From Devosia sp. (lineage in GTDB: Bacteria > Pseudomonadota > Alphaproteobacteria > Rhizobiales > Devosiaceae): a DNA stretch of 64,000 nucleotides. The stretch covers positions 80,831 to 144,830 of the forward strand of contig JAVJRP010000014.1 in assembly GCA_040218355.1 (NCBI GenBank). Direction: 5' to 3'. Made by a program: the position numbers and the translations under genes. How positions within the stretch are numbered: position 1 is the stretch's first letter; each line of letters begins with the position of its first letter. The notes beneath the pieces are model-generated. The model worked only from the letters and a program-made list of their open reading frames with translations. It was not told where the DNA came from and ran no database searches. Below are positions 40,441 through 50,960 of this stretch, piece after piece.

Positions 40441-40764
40441 TCAGATCTGTTCCTGACGCAGGAAGCGTTCGCGGCGCGGGCGACGGCCAGCCAGCGCGAT
40501 GACAATACCGGGCAGGCCGAGAACGGCAAAGGCCGGATAAGTCAGAAGCGCCTGCATGGTCGCATCAAGCAGATCGGCAAAGAAGCGGCTTTCGAAAAAT
40601 CCGCTTACGGCGGCAAGACTTGGCGGGTGCACCTGGGTCCATGCCTCACCCAGACTGGTGAAAACAATCGCATTGGCCGCCAATGACTTGGTGCCATCAA
40701 CGACAAGAAGAACCAGAGCCAGGCCAATCAGCCAGGTGCCCAATATTCTCAAGACAAGCCGCAT
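40441..40764 (-). CDS. Hypothetical membrane protein
   Basis: Two TM segments, 107 aa. Confidence 0.6.
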   Translation of the reverse strand: MRLVLRILGTWLIGLALVLLVVDGTKSLAANAIVFTSLGEAWTQVHPPSLAAVSGFFESRFFADLLDATMQALLTYPAFAVLGLPGIVIALAGRRPRRERFLRQEQI

Positions 40765-40933
40765 CTATATTCCCTGTGCCTGACTTGACCAAGTCGAACC
40801 GGCCCCGGTTCGTTCCGATGCCGGGCACAAACGCCTTGTGCCATGCAGAAGGGCGCGCCACAAGCCGCCGGTTGTTTGGATGATATCGTGATCGGGGTCG
40901 TCAAAAACAATCGGGGACGCGCCAAAGTGATCC

Positions 40934-40962
40934 CTTGCGCCGCAAACGATGATGAGTATATT
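40934..40962 (+). promoter_or_regulatory. Sigma70-type promoter of tRNA-Ser
   Basis: CTTGCG-N17-TATATT about 70 nt upstream of the tRNA. Confidence 0.5.
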
Positions 40963-41032
40963 GCGCCTCGCTCGCAGCGGCCCCCAGGGGACCCGCGATC
41001 CCGGCCTTTCCAGACCGGGCATGAAGCGATGC

Positions 41033-41122
41033 GGAGAGGTGGCCGAGTGGTCGAAGGCGCACGCCTGGAAAGTGTGTAGGCGGGGAACCGTCTCAAGGGT
41101 TCGAATCCCTTTCTCTCCGCCA
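41033..41122 (+). tRNA. tRNA-Ser(GGA)
   Basis: GGAGAG acceptor stem, D-loop GAGTGGTCGAAGG, CT-GGA-AA anticodon loop, long variable arm, GGTTCGAATCC, encoded CCA; 90 nt. Confidence 0.95.
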
Positions 41123-41170
41123 TTTCTAAGTCATTGAAATTGCTATCACCGAGTTCGAATCGCAAGTCGG

Positions 41171-41196
41171 ATCCTGTCACAGCATCCTGTCACAGC
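41171..41196 (+). repeat. Tandem 13-bp direct repeat ATCCTGTCACAGC x2 (possible integrase arm sites)
   Basis: Perfect duplication between tRNA 3' end and integrase remnant. Confidence 0.7.
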
Positions 41197-41214
41197 TGAT
41201 AGGATGTTTGTTCC

Positions 41215-41601
41215 TTGCAAAGTTCCGTCGCATCTTTGGTCCACCGGCGAGGTCCGGTCTTCTGGTTTCGAAAGTCGGTGCCAGTTGACCTGATCGATCG
41301 CCTTGGCAAGTCGGACATTCGACGGTCGCTGCGAACGTGCAACGCCCGGGAGGCCCGACGAAGAGCGTGGACAGTGATTTTGTTCGTCGAGGATGCATTT
41401 GCAGTTTTGCGCGACGCGGGGCTCACGCTCCGAGCGCGCGATGCTTTGAATGTCGTCCTTGACCAGGTCTTTGAGGATTTAGACCGCAATGAAGTTCAGT
41501 GGTCGCAACGCCTGCGATATCGAGCCCTGATGGACACGCTTTTCTCTGGGGAGCGACCGAACGAAGGACCCAAAGCTCTGCCGAAGGGTCGCGCTGAATA
41601 G
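41215..41601 (+). pseudogene. Truncated integrase N-terminus (DUF6538-like)
   Basis: RRGPVFWFRKSVPVDL...GKSDIRRSLRT....EARRRA; no catalytic tyrosine-recombinase domain follows. Confidence 0.7.
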
Positions 41602-41878
41602 CCCCGAGTTTGCGCTGCCCTTCGACACCACGATTCCATCACGTGTCGTGACCTACACTCTGATGGGATGTTCCTCTGGGCTGTGATCCGACGTAACCCA
41701 CACTTGGGAGGCGGCAACTAACGTTGATTCTGGAGACGCTCAGACCGGCTCACGGCCCCTGTTTCACCTTGGCATGTCCGTCTCTCCGCAAGCACTCTAG
41801 TGGTCCGACTCCGACGCTTCGAACCCTCACCAGAGCGATGTTTCGGATGACCGCAATGCGGACAAAACCGACATAGAC

Positions 41879-42691
41879 TCAGCCGCTCATCAGCCTCTTG
41901 ATGCCGCCGATGAAGATTGCGTCATCCTGGCTCTTCCGCTCGTCCAACAGACGCTCAGCATCCGCTCCCGCGCGGAAGCGCAGGCGGTCTCCGGTTTCGT
42001 GAGCGGCATCCCAGATGACCTCGGCCACCGTTTCAGGCGCGGATGGGTTCGATGCCAGTTTGCCGAACAGGCGGCCCATGTCCTCGGCGGTCGGCGCATA
42101 GTCCGAAAGGTTTTCATCCATCGCGAAATCGAAGGAGCTGCCGCCGAAGTTCGTCTTGATCATACCGGGTTCGACAATGCGCACCCGAATGCCAAGCGGT
42201 TCAAGCTCGTAGTGCAGTGCCTCTGACAGGCCTTCGACCGCGAACTTGGTGCCGTGGTACAGCGTGCCAAAGGGGAAGGTGATCTGGCCGCCGATGGAAG
42301 AGATATTGATGATCGTGCCTGATCGATTCTGGCGCATATGGGGCAGAACGGCCTTGGTCACCTCCAGAAGTCCAATCACGTTGGTGTCGAACTGTCGCCG
42401 GATACGGTCCATCGTGAAAGCCTCGAGGGCGCCGTATGCTCCGTAGCCTGCGTTATTGAGAAGCACGTCAATCTTGCCGAATCGGTCGATGCCCGCTGCA
42501 ACTGCTGCCGGGATCGACGCTGCATGCGTCACATCCAGCCGGGTCACGAGCACATTGTCCAGACCGGCAAGCGCGCTGCCTCCGGAGGGGTCGCGCATCG
42601 TGGCGATAACGCTCCAACCGTTTGCCTGAAAGTGCCGGGCCGTCGCTTCGCCGATGCCGGAGGAGGCCCCTGTGATCAGTATGGTCTTCAT
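41879..42691 (-). CDS. SDR family oxidoreductase
   Basis: TGASSGIG, NNAGYG, YHGTK. Confidence 0.92.
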   Translation of the reverse strand: MKTILITGASSGIGEATARHFQANGWSVIATMRDPSGGSALAGLDNVLVTRLDVTHAASIPAAVAAGIDRFGKIDVLLNNAGYGAYGALEAFTMDRIRRQFDTNVIGLLEVTKAVLPHMRQNRSGTIINISSIGGQITFPFGTLYHGTKFAVEGLSEALHYELEPLGIRVRIVEPGMIKTNFGGSSFDFAMDENLSDYAPTAEDMGRLFGKLASNPSAPETVAEVIWDAAHETGDRLRFRAGADAERLLDERKSQDDAIFIGGIKRLMSG

Positions 42692-42701
42692 GTCTGCCTC
42701 C

Positions 42702-43580
42702 TCATGCGTTCAGGTCGAGCATCTGTTCGATGCCGAAGTTGGTCAGGATGTTGCGGGTGACGTCGTGGAGCACCTCGTTGTATCGCTCGATCTCCGTGCC
42801 GACGCCTACATAGTCTACCACCGTCCGAAAGGGCTTTTCCCCAAACGGCATGTCAAGGAGGGCGACGACCGCCTCCGCGATCCGCTCTGGCCGTTGTTCG
42901 GGCGTTGCCTTGAGCATCTCGGCCAGCCCTGCATTGGACATCGCGGGCACAGCAGCGAACTCGCCGTATTCGACCTCGCGCGTTGCGTCGTTCGGGGTCA
43001 CCATTCCATCAAAGAAAGCAGTCGGCATGGCCCCAGGTTCGATGATGCAGGACTCGATACCGAAACTCGAAAGCTCGGTGCGGTAGCATTCGACGATGGC
43101 TTCCAGCGCCCATTTCGATGCCGAGTATGTGCCGTAGAATGGAGTCGCAATTCGCCCGATCAAGCTCGACGTGTAGAGCACGGTTCCTCGAGCTTGCGCC
43201 CGAAGATGCGGAAGTGCTGCCCGCATGACCCGTTGAACGCCCATGACATTCACGTCGAAAACACGCGCCATGTCCTCTGGGGACATCAGCTCCTGGATGC
43301 CGTAGGAGCCAATCCCGGCGTTGTTGAACAAGATGTCGAGCCCGCCGAGTTGCGAGATCGCATCGGCGACACCGCGCTCGGTGCTGGTCGCGTCAGTCAC
43401 ATCCATCTCGACGATTTTTGCGCCTGCGGCTTCAAGCTCGATGACAGTCGCAGCATTTTTTCCGCTGCGGCTACGAACACTACCGGCGACGGAGTAGCCT
43501 TTCTGTAAGAGAGCCAGAGCCGTGGGCTTACCGAAGCCGCCGGCGATGCCGGTAATCAGAACGTTCTTCATCTTTGCCAT
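42702..43580 (-). CDS. SDR family oxidoreductase
   Basis: TGIAGGFG, NNAGIG, YSASK. Confidence 0.92.
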   Translation of the reverse strand: MAKMKNVLITGIAGGFGKPTALALLQKGYSVAGSVRSRSGKNAATVIELEAAGAKIVEMDVTDATSTERGVADAISQLGGLDILFNNAGIGSYGIQELMSPEDMARVFDVNVMGVQRVMRAALPHLRAQARGTVLYTSSLIGRIATPFYGTYSASKWALEAIVECYRTELSSFGIESCIIEPGAMPTAFFDGMVTPNDATREVEYGEFAAVPAMSNAGLAEMLKATPEQRPERIAEAVVALLDMPFGEKPFRTVVDYVGVGTEIERYNEVLHDVTRNILTNFGIEQMLDLNA

Positions 43581-43735
43581 TCCTTCATGTCGATATGGAC
43601 ACGATAATCACACCGGGCATGGCAATCTTTCTGATTCATCCAATTTTCTTGCTCAATTCTCCAGTCTAGGAGAATTTCAGTAATTTTACGTGCACTCCCA
43701 TGCTAATGATCTGCGTCAGAGCAAGGGAGATTGTC

Positions 43736-44626
43736 ATGACACCTGGAACACTGCTGAGCCGCGTGTCATCGATCCTCGACCAATCGGGGCTGAGGGAGGG
43801 GGCGCTGTTTCATGGCGACAGTGGGACACATCTGCTGCGCCACGAGGCCCCCACAGGCCAGAACGCAACCGTCTATCGGCCGCTGCTCTGCCTCATCCTG
43901 CAAGGCGCCAAGAACGTCGGGACAAGTTCAAAGGCGATAACGGTACGCGCCGGGCAATCACTGATCGTCAGCCATGCGCTGCCGGTCCTATCCCGGATTA
44001 CCGAAGCTACGTTCAATACGCCCTACATCGCGCTTGTCTTCCGACTTGACCTGGACCTACTCCGCTCTCTGGCACCCGCTGTATTGCCTTCGTCGGACAG
44101 CAGGCCTGCGGATCCATTCTCGATTCATATGTGTGACACGAATGAAGAGATCGAAGACGCTATGCGGCGCTATTTCAGCCAATGCGAAACGGACGGGGCG
44201 CGGCGTCTGTTGGCCCCGATCACCGCTCGAGAAATCCACGCCCGATTGTTGATGGGGCGCCACGGCGAGACACTTCATAGACTGCTTTGGCACGAAAGCA
44301 CGGCCAGCCGCATTTTTCAGGCCACGCGGGACATACAAACCCATCTCGCCAAGACGATCGCCGTCGGGGAACTGGCACGTAACGTCGGCATGAGCAGCTC
44401 GGCCTTTTTCGAGCAATTCAAAGCTGTGACCGGGACGTCGCCGCTGCAATACCAGAAAGACCTGCGCCTGCTCCATGCGCGCGAAGCCCTCCAAACCTCT
44501 AGCGCGAAAGTGTCAGAGATCGCGTTCGGTGTTGGATACGAAAGCTCGGCGCAGTTTTCGCGGGAATACTCCCGAAAATTCGGTCGATCGCCGAGAAGAG
44601 ACCGGGAACTCGCACCGGCTGAGTGA
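43736..44626 (+). CDS. AraC family regulator
   Basis: LCLILQGAK, SPLQYQKDLRL, VGYESSAQFSREYSRKFG. Confidence 0.9.
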   Translation: MTPGTLLSRVSSILDQSGLREGALFHGDSGTHLLRHEAPTGQNATVYRPLLCLILQGAKNVGTSSKAITVRAGQSLIVSHALPVLSRITEATFNTPYIALVFRLDLDLLRSLAPAVLPSSDSRPADPFSIHMCDTNEEIEDAMRRYFSQCETDGARRLLAPITAREIHARLLMGRHGETLHRLLWHESTASRIFQATRDIQTHLAKTIAVGELARNVGMSSSAFFEQFKAVTGTSPLQYQKDLRLLHAREALQTSSAKVSEIAFGVGYESSAQFSREYSRKFGRSPRRDRELAPAE

Positions 44627-44774
44627 ACCATTTTGTGGTCCCAGGTTTGCTCCGTCTGCCGTCGAAGGCATGTCATCCGAAGTCAGCATGCTGCGACCGC
44701 GTTCTCGCTAGGTATGGGCCAAAGCCGACTTTGACCGCATTCCCTCTGGCCGCCCAAGTCGCGCCGCTCGATAC

Positions 44775-45926
44775 TCAGCCGGGCGCCCCAAGCGCCTGGA
44801 AGCCTCGGTTTCGACTGGCGACGATCGCGTCCGGATCGGCGCGCCAGATAAAGGGCCTTGCCTCGGTCTCGTTGTGCTCGGCCATGAAGCTGTTGATTGC
44901 CGCCTGCAGATCAACGACTGAATGAAAGACGCCGTGCTTCAGGCGTCGGCGCGTGAGCTTGGCAAAGAAACCCTCGACGGCGTTCAGCCATGAACTCGAT
45001 GTCGGCGTGAAGTGGAAGGTCCAGCGCGGGTGACGCACGAGCCAGGCGCGGACTCTCTCGTGCTTGTGGGCGGCGTAGTTGTCGAGAATGACGTAGATGA
45101 CCTTGCCTGCCGGAATGTCTCGCTCAAGGGCGTTGAGGAAGCGGATGAACTCCTGATGCCGGGGCGCTGCATGTTCCGTCCGAAGACCTCGCCGGTCAGG
45201 ACGTTCAACGCCGCGAACAGCGTGGTCGTCCCGTGTCGCTTGTAGTCGTGGGTCATCGTCGCGCCACGGCCCTTCTTCAGCGGCAGTCCCGGTTGGCTGC
45301 GGTCGAGCGCCTGGATCTGGGACTTCTCATCGAAACTGAGCACCACGGCATGGGCAGGCGGTGCAACATACAAGCCCACGATGTCGTGCAGCTTTTCGAC
45401 AAAGGCGGGGTCCTTCGACAGCTTGAAGACGCGCCAGCGATGGGGCTGGGCCCGTTCGCGGCCCAGATGCGCTGCACCGTCGCGACACCGAGCCCCGGGG
45501 CTTCGCCATCGCCCGAGCCGTCCAGTGGGTCGCCTCGTGCGGTGGCGGCGCCTGCGTCCGCCGGACCACCTCGGCGGTCCTGCCGGCAGGGATCGGCGCC
45601 TTGCCCGGCGGTCGGGTCTTGTCGCGCAGCAGGCCCGCGATACCCGCCTCGGCAAACCGTTCCTGCCAGCGCCAAACGGTTGTCTTCGACTTGCCAGAGG
45701 CGGCCATAATGGCCTGCGTACCGAGGTCATCCGCAGTCAGCAGGATGATCCGCGCCCGCCAGACATGCTTCTGGGCCGCGTTCCGATCGGAGACGATCGC
45801 TTCAAACCTTCTGTGGTCCGAGGCCGAAACATTGATGGAAATTCCCGTGCGCATGACACAGATTCGCACAGGGGGAACCAGGCCGGAATCCCAAATCGGA
45901 CTCTTCCGTTTGGGTCAATCCACGAG
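44775..45926 (-). mobile_element. IS630-family element with frameshifted transposase
   Basis: Fragments in successive frames: [25 protein letters not shown]; [31 protein letters not shown]; [18 protein letters not shown]; at least 3 frameshifts. Confidence 0.9.
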
Positions 45927-46406
45927 ATCGCAGCCAGACCGCATACGGCCCCGCTGGAGGCGCTACCTAGGAGACTTGAGCGGCAGGGGGTAGTTCTCCC
46001 GAGGCTGCACGGCGCTGGCTGACAAACCGCTCGCCTTAATCGTTCTCCCCATTGGCCGATATTGCCCAAAGGAGAATGAAAATGGGTATCTCACAATATG
46101 ACCCCGCCAGAGGTCGGCCGGTGCAGTTTGCAGTTTCAGGGCCTGGTGGCTGAAGAGCTGATCGCTGCGGCGTCACATGGGCCGGCCTGACAAAAAATTA
46201 CCGCCAAGATCTTGCCGCCCGGCTCTTCTGTACCAATCTCTTCCTCCGTGACCGGGCCCCTCTGGCGTCGGCGGCATTGTCCGCCACGCGATGTCGGATC
46301 ACCTCGGCAGGGCCTGCGGGCATCTGCGTGTGGTGCCCCATCAATGTCCTGGTCCCCATGCGCACTCCCTCAGCTCCGCCGAGCGGCACCTTGAGAGGAG
46401 ATATGC

Positions 46407-46889
46407 ATGACCAAAGACAAATCCCCCCACCAGAATGATCTGTTCCTGCGCGGCGTTCGCTTGAGGGCTCGGCATGCTGCAGATGCGCGCGAGATGCACC
46501 AGCAGGCTGACCGGGCGACCACAGAGGATTTCTTCCAGGCCCTTGTGGCCGCAGTCGCCGTCATCGCCCATGCGGATGGTCATCTCGCGCTGGCCGAAAG
46601 GCGCAAGCTGATAGAGGCCTTTGTCGCCAGCCCAGCGATGCAGGGATTTTCAGTCACTGAGCTCGCCCAGGAACTTGCTGACTATGGTCGGGCTTATGGC
46701 TACGACCCCCATAGTGCAGACAAGCGCGCATTGGACTGTTTGTCGGCCAGCGTGCTGAGTGCCGAGCAGCGTGAGACTATCCGGCAAACTTGCCATCAGG
46801 TGATTACCGCAGATGGCCTCGTACACCCGGTCGAGCTGGGTGCCTTGCATCGGGTCCAAAGTGCCCTTGGCCTTGTGGGAGACGCTTGA
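46407..46889 (+). CDS. terB: TerB family protein
   Basis: AVIAHADGHLALAERRK, VITADGLVHPVE. Confidence 0.75.
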   Translation: MTKDKSPHQNDLFLRGVRLRARHAADAREMHQQADRATTEDFFQALVAAVAVIAHADGHLALAERRKLIEAFVASPAMQGFSVTELAQELADYGRAYGYDPHSADKRALDCLSASVLSAEQRETIRQTCHQVITADGLVHPVELGALHRVQSALGLVGDA

Positions 46890-46932
46890 TGAGGCGTCCT
46901 CTGATACATCGATGCAACCAGGAGGGCAGCAA

Positions 46933-47904
46933 ATGGACCTCCTGACCAACCTTTTCCTGGGGCAGCCTCTATGGATGTGGCTGGGTTTCCTCGGCCTTGT
47001 GATCGCATTGCTGGCCTTTGACCTGGGCGTGCTGCATCGGGATGGGCACGAGATCGAGGTGCAAGAAAGTCTCTTGCTGTCCGGCTTCTATATCGCGCTT
47101 GGATTGGCCTTTGGCGGCTTTGTCTGGTGGCAGCTGGGTGCCCAGTCTGGTGTCGAATATCTCACCGGTTTCGTGGTCGAAAAGAGCCTGGCCATGGACA
47201 ATGTCTTCGTCATTGCGATGATCTTCGGCTATCTCGCCATTCCCCGCCAGTTACAGCATCGCGTGCTGTTCTGGGGCATATTGGGCGTCATCGTGCTGCG
47301 CGCGATCATGATCGGTCTGGGTGCCACTTTGGTGTCCGAATATGGCTGGATTCTCTACATCTTCGCCGCCTTCCTGATCTTCACCGGTATCCGGATGCTG
47401 ATGATCGGACACGAAGAGACGGACCTCAGCCAAAATCCGGTTTTGCTGTTCATGAAGAAGCGTTTCCGGGTCACCGAGACCCTCCAGGGTGATCGCTTCT
47501 TTGTTCGTCAGGTCGATCCGGCGACAGGACGCATGGAGCGGTACATGACGCCGCTCTTTCTGGCGCTGGTCATGATCGAGATCGCGGACGTTATCTTTGC
47601 CGTGGATTCGGTGCCGGCAATTTTTGCCATCACCACCGATCCTTACATCGTCTATACGTCCAATATCTTTGCCATTCTTGGTCTGCGCGCGCTCTATTTC
47701 GCGCTGGCCGCCATCATTCATCGCTTTGCCTATCTCAAGCAGGCGTTGGCTGTACTGCTGGTGTTCATCGGGTCCAAGATCTTCCTGGCGGACCTGCTGG
47801 GCTGGGATAAATTCCCCGCCGAATGGTCGCTGTCCATCACGGCGATAATCCTGGCAAGCGGGATTGCATACTCGCTCTGGCGAACGGCACCCCCGCAGCA
47901 TTGA
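46933..47904 (+). CDS. terC: TerC/Alx family membrane protein
   Basis: EKSLAMDNVFV, QHRVLFWG, DVIFAVDSVPA, TSNIFAILGLR. Confidence 0.93.
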   Translation: MDLLTNLFLGQPLWMWLGFLGLVIALLAFDLGVLHRDGHEIEVQESLLLSGFYIALGLAFGGFVWWQLGAQSGVEYLTGFVVEKSLAMDNVFVIAMIFGYLAIPRQLQHRVLFWGILGVIVLRAIMIGLGATLVSEYGWILYIFAAFLIFTGIRMLMIGHEETDLSQNPVLLFMKKRFRVTETLQGDRFFVRQVDPATGRMERYMTPLFLALVMIEIADVIFAVDSVPAIFAITTDPYIVYTSNIFAILGLRALYFALAAIIHRFAYLKQALAVLLVFIGSKIFLADLLGWDKFPAEWSLSITAIILASGIAYSLWRTAPPQH

Positions 47905-47981
47905 CAACGACGGGGACGCGGCTGGGCCGCGTCCCCTCTTCCCTTTGGCGCGGTCAGCGCCCATTGGTTGCGGAACGCGGC

Positions 47982-48656
47982 TCAGCTCACGCGGCCATCC
48001 AGTACACGGATCTGCCGGCGGCAGATTTCGGCGATCCTTTCGTCATGGGTCGATATCAGAAAGCTGGTCTCTTCCTGGCGATTGATTTCCCCGATCAGGT
48101 CCATCACCTGTGTGGCCGACTCCCTGTCGAGATTACCGGTTGGCTCATCGGCAAGGACCAGTTCAGGCTGGTTCATCAGGGCACGGGCAATTGCCACCCG
48201 TTGCTTCTGTCCGCCAGACAGCTGGGTGGCCAGAAACTCCATGCGGCTGCCAAGCCCCACCCGGTCCAGCAATTCGCGTCCACGCGCCCGCGCTGCCGCA
48301 GTTTCGCGACCCGCTTTCACCGCGGTTGGGAAGATGACGTTTTCCAGGGCCGTGAAATCGGGCAACAGGTGATGGAACTGGAAGACGAAGCCAATGTGTC
48401 GGTTGCGAAACTCGGTGAGTTCTCGATCATCTGCCGAGGTCAGATCCTGATCCAGCATGAGGTGCTGCCCCGATGTCGGCTTCATAAGCGTGCCCAGAAT
48501 AGTCAGCAGCGTGCTCTTGCCAGAACCTGATGGGCCCAACAAGGCCGCCAATTCACCCGTGTCCAGCGTCAGGTTGAGACCCTTGAGGACAGGGGTTGCC
48601 GTATCGCCTTCGCCATAGGTTTTGACAAGATCTCGGACTTCAACCAGCGTGCTCAT
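47982..48656 (-). CDS. ABC ATP-binding protein (LolD/MacB type)
   Basis: [26 protein letters not shown]. Confidence 0.93.
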   Translation of the reverse strand: MSTLVEVRDLVKTYGEGDTATPVLKGLNLTLDTGELAALLGPSGSGKSTLLTILGTLMKPTSGQHLMLDQDLTSADDRELTEFRNRHIGFVFQFHHLLPDFTALENVIFPTAVKAGRETAAARARGRELLDRVGLGSRMEFLATQLSGGQKQRVAIARALMNQPELVLADEPTGNLDRESATQVMDLIGEINRQEETSFLISTHDERIAEICRRQIRVLDGRVS

Positions 48657-49858
48657 TGGCCGATCACCGAGACCGGGTCGACACGGGCAGCGGCCCGGGC
48701 GGGAAGAATGGATGCCAGAATGGCGCCGATCGTGGTCAGTGTTATGGCCAGGTCATAGGCGCCTTGTCGGACGTCTATGGGCAAACCACCTTGTGGTGCT
48801 ACCTCCGGCAAAGGAAAGGGAGAAAGGGCCGCGTACCCCAAGCCGGCGCCTATAAGTCCGCCAAGCAGACCAATCATGGTGCCTTGGGTCACAAAGACGA
48901 AGATCACAAAGCCTTGGGTGGCCCCCATCGCTCGCATAATGCCAATTTCGGGCCGTCTCCTGTAGGTCGACAGCAGCAGCGCGCTGGCTACGCCGATCAC
49001 GATGGTAATCAGCGCAAAGCCCTTGATGAGATTGCCCGAATTGGCCTGCGCCCTCAGGCCATCCAGTAATTGAGCGTTGCCCTCCGTCCAGGGTTTGGCC
49101 TCAAGGCCGGTATCGGCGGCCAGTTGGCGCGCATAGTTCTCCGCCTGATTGAGGTCGTCGAGCTTGATTTCTATACGTGAGATTCCCTGCGGCGCATCGA
49201 ACAGCGTTCGTGCGACAGAAAGGCTGACAAAGGCTGAGCGACTGTCCAGCGCGTCCAAACCAAGTTCGAATAGGCCGCCAACAACCAGTGGCAGTTCGAG
49301 CCCGTTGGCGGAGCGAAGGCGCACCACCTGCCCGACACGTAACCCCAGGTCCTCAGCCAGACGTGTCCCCAGAAGCACATTGGAACTGTTGAGGTCAGTG
49401 CTGCCTGCCCTGATATTCCTCCCGATATTGGCAATGGCGGAGACTTTGTCGGGCTGCACGCCGGTGACGCCCACGGGCGCTGTTGCCTGACCCCGCACCA
49501 GAAATCCGTTGCCCACGATTTGAGGTGACACTGCCGTCACACCGGGTGTCGTCTCGATCAGAGGGATGAAGGCATCTGCCGTGCGCAACAGTTCGATCTG
49601 TGTGGTGTCACGCTGCCGAACAATAAGCAGGCCCGGAGTCTCGGGCAGCAACGCGCTGGCGTCACGGCTGGGCGCTTCTATGGTCACATGGGCTATGTCG
49701 CCGACGGTGCGTTGCACCAAAAATACCGCAAGCCCTCCGATCAGGGCACTCATAAATATGAAAACGAACACGCCAACCGCGACACCCGTGATGAGCAATC
49801 CAGTTTGTGCCTTGTTTGCCGTCAAATAGCGCGTAGCGATCTTGAGACCATAGAGCAT
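48653..49858 (-). CDS. FtsX/MacB-like ABC permease
   Basis: TM1, large periplasmic domain, RRPEIGIMRAMGA, LPARAAARVDP. Confidence 0.88.
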   Translation of the reverse strand: MLYGLKIATRYLTANKAQTGLLITGVAVGVFVFIFMSALIGGLAVFLVQRTVGDIAHVTIEAPSRDASALLPETPGLLIVRQRDTTQIELLRTADAFIPLIETTPGVTAVSPQIVGNGFLVRGQATAPVGVTGVQPDKVSAIANIGRNIRAGSTDLNSSNVLLGTRLAEDLGLRVGQVVRLRSANGLELPLVVGGLFELGLDALDSRSAFVSLSVARTLFDAPQGISRIEIKLDDLNQAENYARQLAADTGLEAKPWTEGNAQLLDGLRAQANSGNLIKGFALITIVIGVASALLLSTYRRRPEIGIMRAMGATQGFVIFVFVTQGTMIGLLGGLIGAGLGYAALSPFPLPEVAPQGGLPIDVRQGAYDLAITLTTIGAILASILPARAAARVDPVSVIGQ

Positions 49859-49862
49859 GGAT

Positions 49863-50960
49863 CTATTCCGCAACCGCCAGCTGTCCCGGAATAACGTTCG
49901 TAGGATCGAGTACCACGACGTCGCCTGGTTCGATCCCGTCGGTCACCATGACCCGTTCGGCCGGCCAATCCGCGAAATTTATCTCCTGCTCCCGGACTAC
50001 GCCGTCTTCAAGAAGTAATAGATGGCTTTGCGTTCCCGCCGTCACGATTGCTCCCCTCGGCACGGAAATGGCCGAGTCTATCTCAGACACGATGATGTTG
50101 GCGCTGACGGTCAGTCCGACAGGCAGATCGACCGGACTGTCGAAGGCAATTTTAATCGCCCGTCCGCCGGTGGTCGTATCGACAGTGGGGGAGGTAAAGA
50201 CGATTGTTCCTTCTTGAGCCACAGTATTGCCCGCTGGCCTGAGCAGGACGTCGAGGCCGTTGGAAATGCGAGAGGAGTACAACTCGTCGACGTTTGTCTC
50301 GACCAGCAGTTCGCTGAGGTCAGCGACAGTGTAGAGATTGGTCTGTGTATCCACCAATTGGCCGCGATCAATGGACCGATCCAGCACAACCCCGTCGATT
50401 GGGGATTTGATCGTATATTGCTCCAACTGACTTCTGGCCTGGTCGAGCGCGGCTGCAAGGCGCGACACTTCATTGCTGGCCTCAGTCAGCGCAAGTTCAG
50501 CGTCTTCGCGAGTGGAGCGCGGCGTGTTTTCGCCCAGGGCTTGCGCGCGTGCCGCATTAGCCTCGGCCTGTTGCTGGCGCACCAAGCCGGCATCCAGCGC
50601 GGCTTGTGCTTGTTCGAGCAGCGCTCGAGGTTGGGCCGTATCGAGTTGCACTAACACTTCGTCGGCGCTCACGCTTTCTCCCTCGCCTGCTCCGACTGAG
50701 ACAGCCATCCCTGAGACAGCGGAGCGAACCTGGATGGTTTCACGCGCCACAACTCTGCCATTCACCGCCAAAGCCTGTATCAGCTTGTCCTGCTTGGCTA
50801 CTTCGACCTCAACGCGGACAGGTTTCTCCTCCCAGGGCCGTTCGAAATAGGCATAGGCGGAACCGGCAGCGACCAGAAGGAAGCCGGTTATGATCCAACC
50901 GAAGCGCCTCCTGCGGCGCCCGCTGACTTGGGTGCCGGGGGTATTTTGGTTCGATGCCAT
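49863..50960 (-). CDS. Efflux periplasmic adaptor (MFP) subunit
   Basis: N-terminal TM, lipoyl-like halves, coiled coil, IKSPIDGVV. Confidence 0.88.
   Translation of the reverse strand: MASNQNTPGTQVSGRRRRRFGWIITGFLLVAAGSAYAYFERPWEEKPVRVEVEVAKQDKLIQALAVNGRVVARETIQVRSAVSGMAVSVGAGEGESVSADEVLVQLDTAQPRALLEQAQAALDAGLVRQQQAEANAARAQALGENTPRSTREDAELALTEASNEVSRLAAALDQARSQLEQYTIKSPIDGVVLDRSIDRGQLVDTQTNLYTVADLSELLVETNVDELYSSRISNGLDVLLRPAGNTVAQEGTIVFTSPTVDTTTGGRAIKIAFDSPVDLPVGLTVSANIIVSEIDSAISVPRGAIVTAGTQSHLLLLEDGVVREQEINFADWPAERVMVTDGIEPGDVVVLDPTNVIPGQLAVAE

Noticed and set aside
41848-44735. Short GACCGC/AAA(A/G)CCGAC motifs at both sides of SDR-SDR-AraC as cassette recombination sites
   Set aside because: Too short and degenerate to support.
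45980-46060. yybP-ykoY riboswitch before terB-terC
   Set aside because: Only a loose GGGGGTAG resemblance; the remaining conserved elements are not recognisable.
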